Origin: an uncultured delta proteobacterium
Lineage (GTDB): Bacteria > Desulfobacterota > Binatia > Binatales > Binataceae
DNA: 64,000 nucleotides
NCBI GenBank assembly: GCA_963733715.1
Contig: CAVTEN010000025.1
Coordinates: 24,931 to 88,930 of the forward strand
Direction: 5' to 3'
Part shown: piece by piece, positions 1 to 10,200 of the stretch
Layout: every line of letters starts with the position of its first letter
Position numbering within the stretch: the first letter of the stretch is position 1
Notes under the pieces: generated by a model
Databases searched by the model: none
Told to the model about the DNA's origin: nothing
What the model saw: only the letters and a program-made list of their open reading frames with translations
Position numbers and translations under genes: made by a program

Positions 1-1
1 G

Positions 2-1528
2 TGGAACGCGGCGCTCAATCCCGATTCCTCGACCCGCTACCTGCGCGAACTTGACTTTGCGCGCGCCGACGAAAGCGCGCGGCATCTCGAGCTGCTCGCG
101 CGCGGACCCTCGCATGCCCCCACCAGCCCGCGGCGTCGCGAGCTGCTCGAACGCCTCGGCCCGATGCTGATGGACGAGATAGGCAGGCTGCCCGATCCCG
201 ATCTCGCGCTGATGAACCTGGCCGAGTTTATCGCCGCGATCGGCGCGCGGACCTCGTTCCTTGCGCTGCTCGAGCAGCATCCCGCGACGCGACGAGTTCT
301 GCTGCGGCTGTTCGCATCGAGCGCATACTTGTCGACCATCTTCATTCGCCATCCCGACATGCTCGACACGCTCGTGCGATCCGACCTCGCCGCCACGCGG
401 CGCAGTCCGGCCGAGTTGCGTGACGAGTTGGCGGGCTTGATCGCGGCGAGTCCGGACTTCGAGAGCAAGCTCGACGCGCTGCGCGCATTTCGGCATCAGG
501 AATTCTTGCGTATCGCAATCGCCGACCTGGCCGGCGATCTCGAACTGTTCGACGTCGAGCGCGAGCTGACGACGCTCGCCGAAACGGTGCTGGACGAGGC
601 GATGGCGCTCGCGCGAATTCAGACCGAGGCCCGCTTCCCGATTCCCGCCACGATGCGCCTGTGCGCGATTGCGATGGGCCGGCTCGGCGCCAGCGAAATG
701 TCGTACAACTCGGACCTCGATCTGATCTTCGTCTATGACGATCGCGCCGAGGTCGCCGCCGGCAGCCGCGAGATCGCGTCGCGAATCACGCAGAAGCTGA
801 TCGCGATTCTCGAATCGCGCACGCGCGAGGGTTACGCCTACAAGCTCGACCTGCGCCTGCGCCCGTCGGGCAACGCGGGCCCGCTGGTCACGTCGCTGGC
901 GGGATTTCGCGACTATCATCGGCAAAGTTCCGCGGTCTGGGAGCGGCAGGCGCTGGTGCGCGCGCGCGTGATTACCGGCGACCCCGAACTGGCCCGCGAG
1001 GTCGAAGCGGCGCGCCAGGAATTCGTGTACGGGCGCGGGCTGAGCGCGGATGAGGTCGGCGAAATAGCGGCGATGCGTCATCGAATGGAGATGGAGATCG
1101 GCGCCGAGGACAAGACGCGGCTCAATATCAAGCAGGGTCACGGCGGTCTGGTGGACGTCGAATTCCTCGCGCAGATGATGGCGCTCAGTCACGGCTATCG
1201 GAATCCGGAACTGCGCGTGCGCAACACGATGGAATTGCTCGAGGCGCTCGCCCGCCTCCATCTGCTGTCAGCGGCCGACGCGTCCGTCCTCGAAGACGAC
1301 TACCGCTTCCTGTCGCGCCTGGAGAATCGCCTGCGCATCGAGAGCGACCAGCCTTCCTGGGCCGTCCCAACCGCGGTGATTAGCCTCCGCCCGCTAGCCC
1401 GCCGCATGGGCTTCGAAGGCGCAGACGGGGCAGCGAGACTGCTCGCCGAACTAGCGCAACGCCGCAATCGAATCCGCGCAATCTTCGAGCGATATTTCGC
1501 GGCGGCTAAGGACAATTTGTCATTGTGA
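2..1528 (+). CDS. glnE: Glutamine synthetase adenylyltransferase/adenylyl-removing enzyme, C-terminal portion (5' end outside window)
   Basis: Frame is open from the window edge (WNAALNPDSSTRYLRELDF...) into track ORF 164..1528. GlnE-type nucleotidyltransferase motif EMSYNSDLDLIFVYDD and HGGLVDVEFLAQ segment. Confidence 0.85.
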   Translation, partial: WNAALNPDSSTRYLRELDFARADESARHLELLARGPSHAPTSPRRRELLERLGPMLMDEIGRLPDPDLALMNLAEFIAAIGARTSFLALLEQHPATRRVLLRLFASSAYLSTIFIRHPDMLDTLVRSDLAATRRSPAELRDELAGLIAASPDFESKLDALRAFRHQEFLRIAIADLAGDLELFDVERELTTLAETVLDEAMALARIQTEARFPIPATMRLCAIAMGRLGASEMSYNSDLDLIFVYDDRAEVAAGSREIASRITQKLIAILESRTREGYAYKLDLRLRPSGNAGPLVTSLAGFRDYHRQSSAVWERQALVRARVITGDPELAREVEAARQEFVYGRGLSADEVGEIAAMRHRMEMEIGAEDKTRLNIKQGHGGLVDVEFLAQMMALSHGYRNPELRVRNTMELLEALARLHLLSAADASVLEDDYRFLSRLENRLRIESDQPSWAVPTAVISLRPLARRMGFEGADGAARLLAELAQRRNRIRAIFERYFAAAKDNLSL

Positions 1529-1560
1529 GAGTCTATGAGGGTCGGACGCCACCGCGAGCA

Positions 1561-1799
1561 AATTTTGTCATCCTGACGAAGCGAGCAAGGCGAGCGGATG
1601 GAAGGATCTCGGACAGCTTCGCGCCAGCGAAGCCGGTTCCGGTTTTGAAATCGCGCAGCGGTCCTTACTGATTGCTTCGCGCGAGCCTCCGAATTCTCAA
1701 CGGATGCAACCCAGAACCGGTACCGGCGGTGCTTGCGCCCCGCTGTCCGAGATCCTTCCTGCCGCTCGCGTTGCTCGCTTCGTCAGGATGACAACAATT
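1561..1799. repeat. MITE-like element: ~57-nt imperfect terminal inverted repeats flanking a ~125-nt partly self-complementary core
   Basis: Left arm 1561-1617 (aattttgtcatcctgacgaagcgagcaaggcgagcggatggaaggatctcggacagc) is the near-perfect reverse complement of 1742-1799. No ORF. Lies between convergent glnE and btuB. Confidence 0.75.
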
Positions 1800-1815
1800 C
1801 GCGAAGGAAACCCGA

Positions 1816-3937
1816 CTACTCAAAATCCAGCTTCACTCCCGCCAGCACGTTTATCGTAGGTGACCTGAAGCCGAACGCCTCGGAATAGTTTCGGTCCAAC
1901 AGGTTATTCACGCGCGCGAAAACTTCTTCGTTGGTCACGTGTTTGAGCGGGATTCCTATCGTGTATGACACGACCGCGTTGACCAGGTTGTATGCGGAGT
2001 GATTCGCAATCGGCGGAACTCCGGTCACGGTGATGTCGTCGCGATCGCCCACGAAGATGTAGTTCACGTTGGCGGTGATTTTATCGTGAGGCAGGAAATT
2101 CCCGCTCCGCACGTATTCCAGCAGCGCCGACGCCGTATGCTTCGCCACTCGCAGCGGACGCGGCGGGGTCAAAAACGCTGTGGCAAAAGGGAGCGGGGCG
2201 TCGGCGTGCGTCTCGTCGAGCACGGTCACGTTGCCGCTGAGCGTCAGACCCTTGGCTATTGTGAGGCTCGGGACGATCTCGACGCCCTGCACGTCCACGC
2301 GCGAGGCGTTGCCCGCTTCCGATCCAAATTCACACGTCGGGCCGACCTTGCACGGCACGGTGACGATCAGGTTCTTCACGCGGCGCGAAAAGTAGGTCGC
2401 AGTCAGGGAGGCGCGCTCGCCGAAGTTGGTGGTGAATCCGCCGTCCCACTCGCTTGAAATCTCCGGCTTCAAATTGGGATTGCCGAAGCCGGGGAAGAAC
2501 AGCTCGTTGAATGACGGCGCGCGAAAGCCTTCGCGTATAGCTGCCGCGCAATGTGGTCGAGATTTTTGTGATCGGAATCGCGACCGACCATGCGGGGCTG
2601 ACTTCCTTGCCGAACTGGCTGTTGCCATCGACGCGAAATCCGCCGGTGACAAGAATGTGGCCGTCGAGAAAACTGCCCTCCTGCTCGAGGTAACCCGCGT
2701 ATTCCTGGCGGCGTGCCCGGAACAGGCTTACCGATGTGAGCAATTGCGGCGGGGGCGGATTGAAGTTTGCGAACTTGAAGATGCCATCCGAGCGGACCCA
2801 TCGATCTTTGAAATCGAATCCAACCAGCGTGCGAAAGCCCTCGAGCCGGGGCCAGGTGAACACCGTCTCGATGAGTCCGCCGCGAGTCTCGTCGGGAATG
2901 CGATCCTCCTCGCTGCCTATGAAGCCTAGATAAGGGGTCGAGGTCGCGCGCAAATCCTGGCGCACAAAATACGCGTTCGCGCGCACCAGCACGTATTCGC
3001 CGAAGTGATGCTCGATTTCGCCCTTGAACAACATGAACTCGTTGCGTTGGTGCGCGGTCGGATCCAGTGGAGAGCCGGAGGCTACGTTCAAATTGGGCAG
3101 GCTCACGTTCGACGCGATGTAACGCGCGAAGCCCCGCAGGACAGTGTCGTCGCCGAGGTGGTAGTCGAGCCGTCCGTTGAGCGAGAGATTGTCGGAGTTG
3201 TCGTTGACCGGGCGAAACCCTTCGGTCGAGAAGTACGATACCGCGCCCGAGTAGCCGAGGTTTCCCTCGGCGCCGCTGACGGTTGCAACTTGCCGGCTGG
3301 TTGCTCGATTGCCGCCCTCGGAAAGCAGGCTCGCCGTCGGCGGCCCCTCGCCCTCCTGTGAGAGCAGGTTGATGACGCCGCCGATAGCCTGCGATCCGTA
3401 CAGCGAGCCGCCCGCGCCGCGCAGAACCTCGACGCGATCGAGATTGTCCGTAGTCAGGTTGGCCAAATCGAAGCTGCCGGTCGCGCCCGCGTTGACTTCG
3501 ACCCCGTCGACAAGGACCAGCGTCTGCGACGGCGTCGCGCCGCGAATCGACACGTCGGTAACTGAGCCGGGCGAGCCGCTCTGCGTGACCTGCACGCCGG
3601 GCACCTCGCGCAGCACGTCCGCGACGCGTTGGATCTTCTGCTCTTCGATTTGCGGAGCTTCGACCACCGTGATCGTCGTGCCGATCTCGCCGATTGGCTG
3701 CGGGATTCGCGTCGCGGTGACGACGATCGGATTCAGCTTCTGCGCCGCTTCCTTATTGGCTGGTGTCGCCGGCGTCTTCTTCTTCGACGATGCGGACTCC
3801 GTTCGATTGGCTGGCGAAGCTTTCTGAGTTTGAGTTTGCGCTGGCGACGACGTGGACGCCGGCGTTTGAGCGCGTGCGATCGGTGCATAAAGCGCCGTCG
3901 CCAACACTATCGACAAGATCAAAATGAGAAACCGCAT
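1816..3937 (-). pseudogene. btuB: TonB-dependent receptor, BtuB-like cobalamin outer-membrane transporter; one frameshift near 2527-2545 (possibly an assembly indel)
   Basis: Track ORFs 2330..3937 (signal peptide, TonB box/plug NPIVVTATR, barrel) and 1816..2652 join as ...TLRGSY / REGFRAPSFNELFFPGFGNPNLKPE in different frames. Sits directly downstream of the cobalamin riboswitch. Confidence 0.75.
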
Positions 3938-3994
3938 GAACTCCCTCCGAGTTCAAAGGCTGCCAGCGCGGTGGAGGAGATCAGGTTTCACCTG

Positions 3995-4033
3995 AAAGAA
4001 AAAACCCGACCACTCGCGAATCGAGGGATCGGG
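3995..4033 (-). terminator. Intrinsic terminator forming the expression platform of the cobalamin riboswitch
   Basis: On the minus strand, hairpin cccgauc...ggucggg (the G-U pair exists only on the minus-strand RNA) followed by TTTTTTCTTTC. Lies between the aptamer and the btuB SD/ATG (3937). Confidence 0.6.
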
Positions 4034-4039
4034 CTTCAG

Positions 4040-4250
4040 GAAATGCGTACCTGAGGCCACCCTCCCCGCGGAAGGCAGACAGTTAGTGACCCGGCCGGTC
4101 TCCTGGCTTGGGGTTCATCCTCGGGCCCGCCTTCCCGCCGAAGCGGTGGCATGATGGGCCGTCGTCCCCCCACACAGTTGCGGGGCAGCGCCGGATTTAA
4201 ACCGGCTTCCCGTGCACCGGGTGCGACGCCGAAGTTACGCGCGGCACGGA
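4040..4250 (-). promoter_or_regulatory. Cobalamin (B12) riboswitch aptamer
   Basis: Minus strand reads GGTGCACGGGAAGCCGGTTTAAATCCGGCGCTGCCCCGCAACTGT...GCCACCGCTTCGGCGGGAAGGC...AAGCCAGGAGACCGGCC. Core motifs and B12 box (plus-strand 4093-4107) match the RF00174-type consensus from memory. Confidence 0.85.
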
Positions 4251-4326
4251 TGGTAGTCAACCACGCGCGAGCCGCGCGAAAATTTTCGTCAGCGCGAACC
4301 GCGATCGTGTACGCTCGATCATTCGC

Positions 4327-4850
4327 ATGGGCACGACAACGCTAATCACCGGCGGCGCGCGCAGCGGCAAGAGCATGCAGGCGTTGAAGCTCGCGCTGCC
4401 GTATCAGCGCAAATTTTTCATCGCGACCGGAGAGGCGCTCGACGACGAGATGACGGCGCGAATCGAATTTCATCGCACGACGCGGCCACAGGATTTTGAA
4501 ACCGTCGAGGAGCCGGTGAATGTCGTCGCGGCGCTCGAGAAGCTTGGCAAAAGCGCGGACCTGGTCGTGCTCGATTGCCTGACGCTGTGGGTATCGAACC
4601 TGATGCAGTGGCACAGCACGGACGATGGCCCCGATTCTCGCCGAGGCGGACAGGCTTGCCGCGGCGCTGAAGAATGCGCACGTTCGCGAGTATCGTCGTG
4701 ACCGATGAGGTTGGATCGGGAATCGTGCCGACCGATCACGCGGAGTCGCGCCGCTTCCGCGATCTGCTGGGATGGACCAATCAGAAAGTCGCGGCGGTCG
4801 CGGACCAGGTGCTGCTGATGGTCGCGGGCTATCCGATCAAGGTTAAGTAA
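4327..4850 (+). pseudogene. cobU: Adenosylcobinamide kinase / adenosylcobinamide-phosphate guanylyltransferase, two +1 frameshifts (~4615-4625 and ~4675-4685)
   Basis: N-terminal P-loop LITGGARSGKS. Protein-like sequence continues in frame 2 (ILAEADRLAAALKNAH), then frame 3 (IVVTDEVGSGIVPTDHAESRRFRDLLGWTNQKVAAVADQVLLMVAGYPIKVK*). Confidence 0.8.
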
Positions 4851-4855
4851 GGCGC

Positions 4856-5632
4856 TCACGACGCCATCGTGACGAGGACCGCTATCTCGACCAGCTCGCC
4901 GCATGCGCCGATCAAATCCCCCGTAACTCCTCCGAGCCATCGCCGGTAGAACGATCGCATCGCGAAGACGATTGCGATCGCAACCGCGATAGAGACTGTG
5001 ATCGTATGCAACTCGCCAAGCATCAACATCACCACCATCGTGAAGATGGCGACGACCGTAGTTCGTGCGCCTGAGATCTTGCCGCTGAGCAGCGTCGATC
5101 CTGAGCCGGCGGTGCGCAGGTACGGTAGTCCCGCGGCGATTCTGAGCATCGCCCACCGCGCGAGCATCGGCGCGAAAATCAGGGCAGCGTATCGGCGATG
5201 ACCTGCAAGCGTCGAGAGTGCGAGGATTTTCAGAGTCAGGTCGAAGAAGATTGCGCTCGCACCGAACGTCCCGACGCGGCTGTCATGCAGGATGTCCAGC
5301 GCGCGCTCGCGATCGCGTCCCGCGCCGAGCGCGTCGGCCGTATCGGCCAGTCCGTCGAGATGGACCGCGCCGGTGATGACGGTGAGCGAGATGACGATGA
5401 GAACCGAGCGAATCACCTGCGCGAAGAAAAAGGCGAGCAACCAATCCTCGCCGACGAGTGCGACGCCGATTAGAAAACCGACAATCGGGAACCACGCGAA
5501 GGATGCGGCGACGGCCTCGTCGGATGCCGGACAGCGATCGATCACCGGCAGAATCGTGAGGAAGCTGATCGCGAGCGGCAGTTCGGCTAGAAAGCCGCCT
5601 TCCGATGGCGGCGCGCTCGCGTCGTCGCTCAT
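4856..5632 (-). CDS. cobS: Adenosylcobinamide-GDP ribazoletransferase (cobalamin synthase)
   Basis: Start taken at the internal ATG 5632 (MSDDAS...), which overlaps the cobT stop as ATGA. Polytopic membrane protein with the HLDGLADTADA motif typical of CobS. Confidence 0.85.
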   Translation of the reverse strand: MSDDASAPPSEGGFLAELPLAISFLTILPVIDRCPASDEAVAASFAWFPIVGFLIGVALVGEDWLLAFFFAQVIRSVLIVISLTVITGAVHLDGLADTADALGAGRDRERALDILHDSRVGTFGASAIFFDLTLKILALSTLAGHRRYAALIFAPMLARWAMLRIAAGLPYLRTAGSGSTLLSGKISGARTTVVAIFTMVVMLMLGELHTITVSIAVAIAIVFAMRSFYRRWLGGVTGDLIGACGELVEIAVLVTMAS

Positions 5633-6693
5633 CGAACTTTGCCGGAAACGTCTGCGCTCTCGAAGGTCGCCATGTTGTTGAGCAGGTCGAGCGCGGACTC
5701 GATCACGTTCATCGCGAGCGCGGCGCCGGTGCCCTCGCCGAGTCTCAGATCGAGATCGAGAATCGGACGGAGCTTGAAGTGATCGAGCGCGAGCGCATGG
5801 CCGCCTTCGGCCGAGCGATGGCTGAAAAAAAGATGGTCGAACAATCCCGGATGAATCTTTTCGGCGACCGCGGCCGCAGCTGTAGCGATGAAGCCGTCGA
5901 CGACGACCGGGACTTTCAAGCCAGCGCCGCCGATGCATACCCCGGCCATTGCGGCGATCTCGAAACCGCCGAGTGCGGCCAGCATCGACTCGCCCGACGC
6001 GAGTGCCGCGCGATGAATCTCGAGCGCGCGGGTGACCACTTCGATTTTGCGACGGACGCCGGCGTCGTCGAGGCCGGTGCCGCGCCCGACGATTGACTCC
6101 GGCTGGATCCCGGTCACCGCGCAGAGGAGCGCGGCGGCGGGCGTGCTGTTCGCGATTCCCATCTCGCCGATACCGATCAGCGTCGCGCCGCTATCGGCGA
6201 GCTCGCGTGCGATTTCGATTCCAACTTCGAGTGCGCGCGTCGTTTCGTCGGGTGTCATCGCAGGGCCGTCGAGGAAGTTGCGAGTGCCGGCGCCGATGCG
6301 TCGATACGTCACACCCGCGAGCGGCTTGGCACTGGTATCGACCTTGACTCCCACGTCGACGACTTTCAGTGAATAACCGAAGCGTCGTGCGAGCACGCTG
6401 ATTGCAGCGCCGCCAGCCGCGATGTTGCGAAGCATCTCGGCCGTAACGGCCTGCGGAAACGCGCTGACGCCTTCGTCCGCGACGCCGTGATCGGCGACGA
6501 AGACCGCGATCGCGCCGCGCCCGGATTTCACCGACTCATCGTGACGGATAGCGGCATAGCGGCGCACGAGTTCCTCAAGATGTCCAAGGCTGCCAGGCGG
6601 CTTGGTCAGAGAGTTCAGTCGCGCGTCAGCAGCCCACGCCGCTTCGTTGTCGACGGGCAGAATCGAGGCGATGGTTTGGGTGAGGAGGCTCAT
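5629..6693 (-). CDS. cobT: Nicotinate-nucleotide--dimethylbenzimidazole phosphoribosyltransferase
   Basis: 354 aa, LTKPPGSLGHLEEL and GIGEMGIANSTPAAAL motifs characteristic of CobT. Translationally coupled to cobS. Confidence 0.9.
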   Translation of the reverse strand: MSLLTQTIASILPVDNEAAWAADARLNSLTKPPGSLGHLEELVRRYAAIRHDESVKSGRGAIAVFVADHGVADEGVSAFPQAVTAEMLRNIAAGGAAISVLARRFGYSLKVVDVGVKVDTSAKPLAGVTYRRIGAGTRNFLDGPAMTPDETTRALEVGIEIARELADSGATLIGIGEMGIANSTPAAALLCAVTGIQPESIVGRGTGLDDAGVRRKIEVVTRALEIHRAALASGESMLAALGGFEIAAMAGVCIGGAGLKVPVVVDGFIATAAAAVAEKIHPGLFDHLFFSHRSAEGGHALALDHFKLRPILDLDLRLGEGTGAALAMNVIESALDLLNNMATFESADVSGKVR

Positions 6694-6956
6694 GCAGACG
6701 CGATCACGTCGCGAGATCCTAAAGCTAGTGAGGGCGATTTCATACCATAGGTTGTGGTTCCGCGGCGCCGTAGCACTTTCGGTAGTTTCGTTCCGTCAAA
6801 TTTTGTTTTTCGGATTAGGCTACTCGAGGAAAAAAATCGCAGGCGAGAAGGATTGTGAGGAGAGGTATGCATAGCGGGCCAAGATAGCACGAGAGGTGGG
6901 ACTCCGTCAGGCTGAAGGGTTCATCCTCGCCGTGGGACAGCAGACAATTGTTTAAT

Positions 6957-7048
6957 GCGGAACCCGCCGTGGGTTCCGCGCCTCCTTGGGCAGGGGGTGA
7001 CCCCTGCACCCGGTACTAATCGCAAAATGGCGAGGACGTCATTTTGCT
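6957..7048 (+). repeat. Structured intergenic repeat family A, copy 1 (diverged 3' half)
   Basis: gcGGAACCCGCCGTGGGTTCCgcgCCTCCTTGGGCAGGGGGTGACCCCTGCACC... aligns with copies at 11630 and 51132, same orientation. Contains hairpins ggaaccc/gggttcc and gggg.t.a.cccc. Confidence 0.8.
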
Positions 7049-7281
7049 ATCAGGGTGGGGGAGGAGGAGCCGCGGGCAGGGCCGCCCGCGCCACTAAATC
7101 AACCGAGTCTGCCAGCCTTGAAAGTGCCGCGGGCCGCCGTGCCTGCGGCCCTTCTCATATCACCCGTCGCCGCCTCGATTCGCGCCTAGGCGTCGTGACG
7201 ATGCGAGCGACCGCACCCCTAACCACTCTCCCTTCTTCTTCAGGAGAGTGGGAACCGGGCGCGGGAGAACTACGGGGCCGC

Positions 7282-10200
7282 TTACCCAATACTTTCGAGC
7301 AGGGATTTTGCGTCTTTCAGGTCGGGGGTGTTTAAGCCTTCGGTGAATTGATTGTAGATTTCGGCGAGCGTGGCGCGGGCTTGGTCTCGTCGATCGGTGT
7401 CGCGCAGCAGACGCGCGAGGCTGATGGTTGCGCGCAACTCCAGCGACTTTGCGCGCTGGATCCCCGCAACCTCGATCGCTTTCGTAAAACTATTCTCCGC
7501 TGCGGATGCGTCCTTAGCCTGTAGCAGAGTCAGCTCGCCCTTGATTCGATGGACTTCCGACTCGACGTAACGCTCCTGATTTTTCTCGACGAGATCGGCG
7601 GATTGAGCGATCAACGCAAGCGCCGTATCGATCTGACCGACGCTCGCAAAGCCCTGCGCGAGGATCGATCGCGCCCACGTATGAGCCAGCTCGTAGCCGA
7701 CGTCCGCAAATCCGGATTCACTTGATGCGCGGTCGGCAGTTTGACCGAATTTTCCCTGCGCGGCCGACCCTATCAATCGATAGGCGAGTATTTGCGCCTC
7801 GAGGAACGCCAGGCCGTGCTTGCGCGCGAGCGACAGCGCCTCGGTTGTCGTTTTCTCCGCTGCCTCAAAGTCGCGGCGAATCGTGTAGTACATGCCGAGT
7901 TGCGATAAGCACCACGTCAGCGTGAACGCAGATCCGAGCTCTCGTGCGCGTTCGAGCGACTCGTCGGCTCGCTTTGTCGCCTGATCGGGATAGCCGAGGA
8001 TCCACAACGTGATCGCGTCGTAGCATAGGGCACTCATCAAAGGATCCTGATCAGCTGGGGCGAGCCCAGTGGTTATATGCGGTTGGCGGGCGTGGTAGCC
8101 GGTACACAATTCCAGACTCGAGTGCGCATCGGCGAAGTCGCCCATGAAGAACTTGCTGAAGCCCGATAACAAATGCGCGTCAGCCTGCATCGCGTCGTTG
8201 CGGAATCGATCCGCCAGCACGATCGAATTCATCGATGTACGCAAGCGCCGTCGGGTGTTCGCCGCGGACGAGATGAAAGGAGTGCAATCCGCTCAGCACC
8301 CTGTACAGCCGAGGGTCTTCCTCTTTCTGCTGGCATAGTTCGCGCGCGCGGCGGAAGGCCTTCCCGGCTTCGGGGACCCACCATCCCCTGGTCACCAGCA
8401 GGGCGGCGCCGTAGTCGATTTGAAGATCGAGCTCCAGCTCGGTGCGTTCCGGGGAATCCGGCAATTTCGCGAACAGCTCGATCGCATTTTCCAGACGGTG
8501 CAGCGCGCCCTGGTAGCCGCTCTGCGAGAGTTCGCGCTTAGCCGCCATCGTCTGACATTCGACCGCTTTTTCGATATTCGAGCTGCGGGCGTAATGGTCG
8601 GCGAGCTCGCTAAGATGGTCTTCGATCGAATCCTTGAACAGCTCTCCGATTGCGGCGCCGATCCGTTCGTGAAGTGTCTTGCGGCGCTCGATCAGGATCG
8701 AGTTATAGGCCACCTCCTGCGTCAGTGCGTGCTTGAAGGTGTACTCGATTCGTCGCCGAAGGCGGGCTGCTCATAAATGAACTCACTTAGCTGCAGGTCG
8801 TCGAGCATCAGTGCTAACTCATCAGCCGAAGCGGCTACCACTGCGCGGACCAGACTTAGCGGGAACTCCTTGCCGATCACGGCGAGGGTTTGCAGCAGAT
8901 CCTTATCGGAAGGCGACAGACGATCGATACGCGCGGCCAGTATCGCGCGCACCGTCGGCGGGATCTTCAAGTCCGCGAGCGGCTTGGTGAGGCGGACGGC
9001 AGCGCCGTCGCGGACCAGCGCGCCGTCGTCAAGCAGCACCTCGACGGTCTCCTCCATGAAGAACGGATTGCCCTCGGTGCGCTCGATGATCAGGCGCTTG
9101 AGTGCTTCGATGTCGTGCGCCCTCACCCGCTCGGCGACATCAATCGTCCCGACCCTTCGGCTCCGCTCAGGGCAGGCTCTCCCGGCTGGCGCCTTGCGAC
9201 TGGGTCGCAGGCGCGGGAGAGGTGAGTAACGCGGACAGCATCTCGTCGGCGCTCTCGCGTCCGAGCGGATCGAGGCGCAGTTGCGTGTAGTAAGTCTTGC
9301 TGCCCCATTGATGCGAATATTCGGGCCGGTAATTCACCAGCAGCAGGATCTTCGCGGTGGCGATCGAGTCGGCGAGAATGTTCAGCAGCGCCTGCGTCTC
9401 GTCATCGATCCAGTGCAGGTCTTCGAAGATGACCATCAGCGGCTGGTTGAGGCTCTCGCGCAGCAGGATACGCTTGATCGCGTCGAGCGTGCCGCGCTTG
9501 CGAATTTGCGCGTCCATCTGCGCGAGCGGGTCGGGATCTTCGGCGATTCCGAGCAGACCGTAGAGGTAGGGGATTGTGTCTTCGAGCGCGCGATCAAGGA
9601 TTGCGATTCGGCCGGCAATTTTCTCGCGACGGGTCCGTTGATCATCCTGCGACGCAATCTTGAAGTAGCTGTGCAGGAGGTCGATCAGCGGCAAGTAGGA
9701 CGACGCCTTGCCGTGTGAGACTGAGAAAGCCTCGAGCACCATCCAGCCGGCCGCGGTGGTGGCCTTGAACTCGAACAACAGGCGCGACTTGCCGACGCCC
9801 GCCTCCGCTATCTCTGCGACGATCTGTCCGTGTCCCGACTTCGCGCGCCCGGCCGCGTGGCGCATCGCATCCATCTCGCGCTCGCGGCCGACGAACTTCG
9901 TGAACCCGCGTCCGGCCGAGCGTTGCAGCCGCGTTCGCAGCGGGCCGAGTCCTGTAACTTCGTACAGGTTGACCGGATCGGTGAGGCCTTTGATCCGCGC
10001 CGGCCCCAGCGGCTTGAGAATGAAGTAGCCCTCGACCAGCCGGCGCGTGCTTTCCGAGATTGCGGTCGCGCCGGGGTCGGCCAGGGTCTGCATCCGCGAC
10101 GCGAGATTGGTGGTATGGCCTATCGGCGTGTACTCGACGTGACCGGCTCCGGTGGCGATAGAGCGCACTACGACCTCGCCGGTATTCACGCCCACCCGAA

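Noticed and set aside
6957-7060. Repeat family A read on the minus strand begins GGTGC + hairpin, like the 5' end of a cobalamin riboswitch, and sits upstream of cobT and bluB
   Set aside because: It is not a canonical aptamer. It lacks the GGGAA junction, the CCGGTGAAATCCGG hairpin and the CCCGCnACTGT segment. The third copy is not upstream of any gene. It is kept only as a repeat-family finding.
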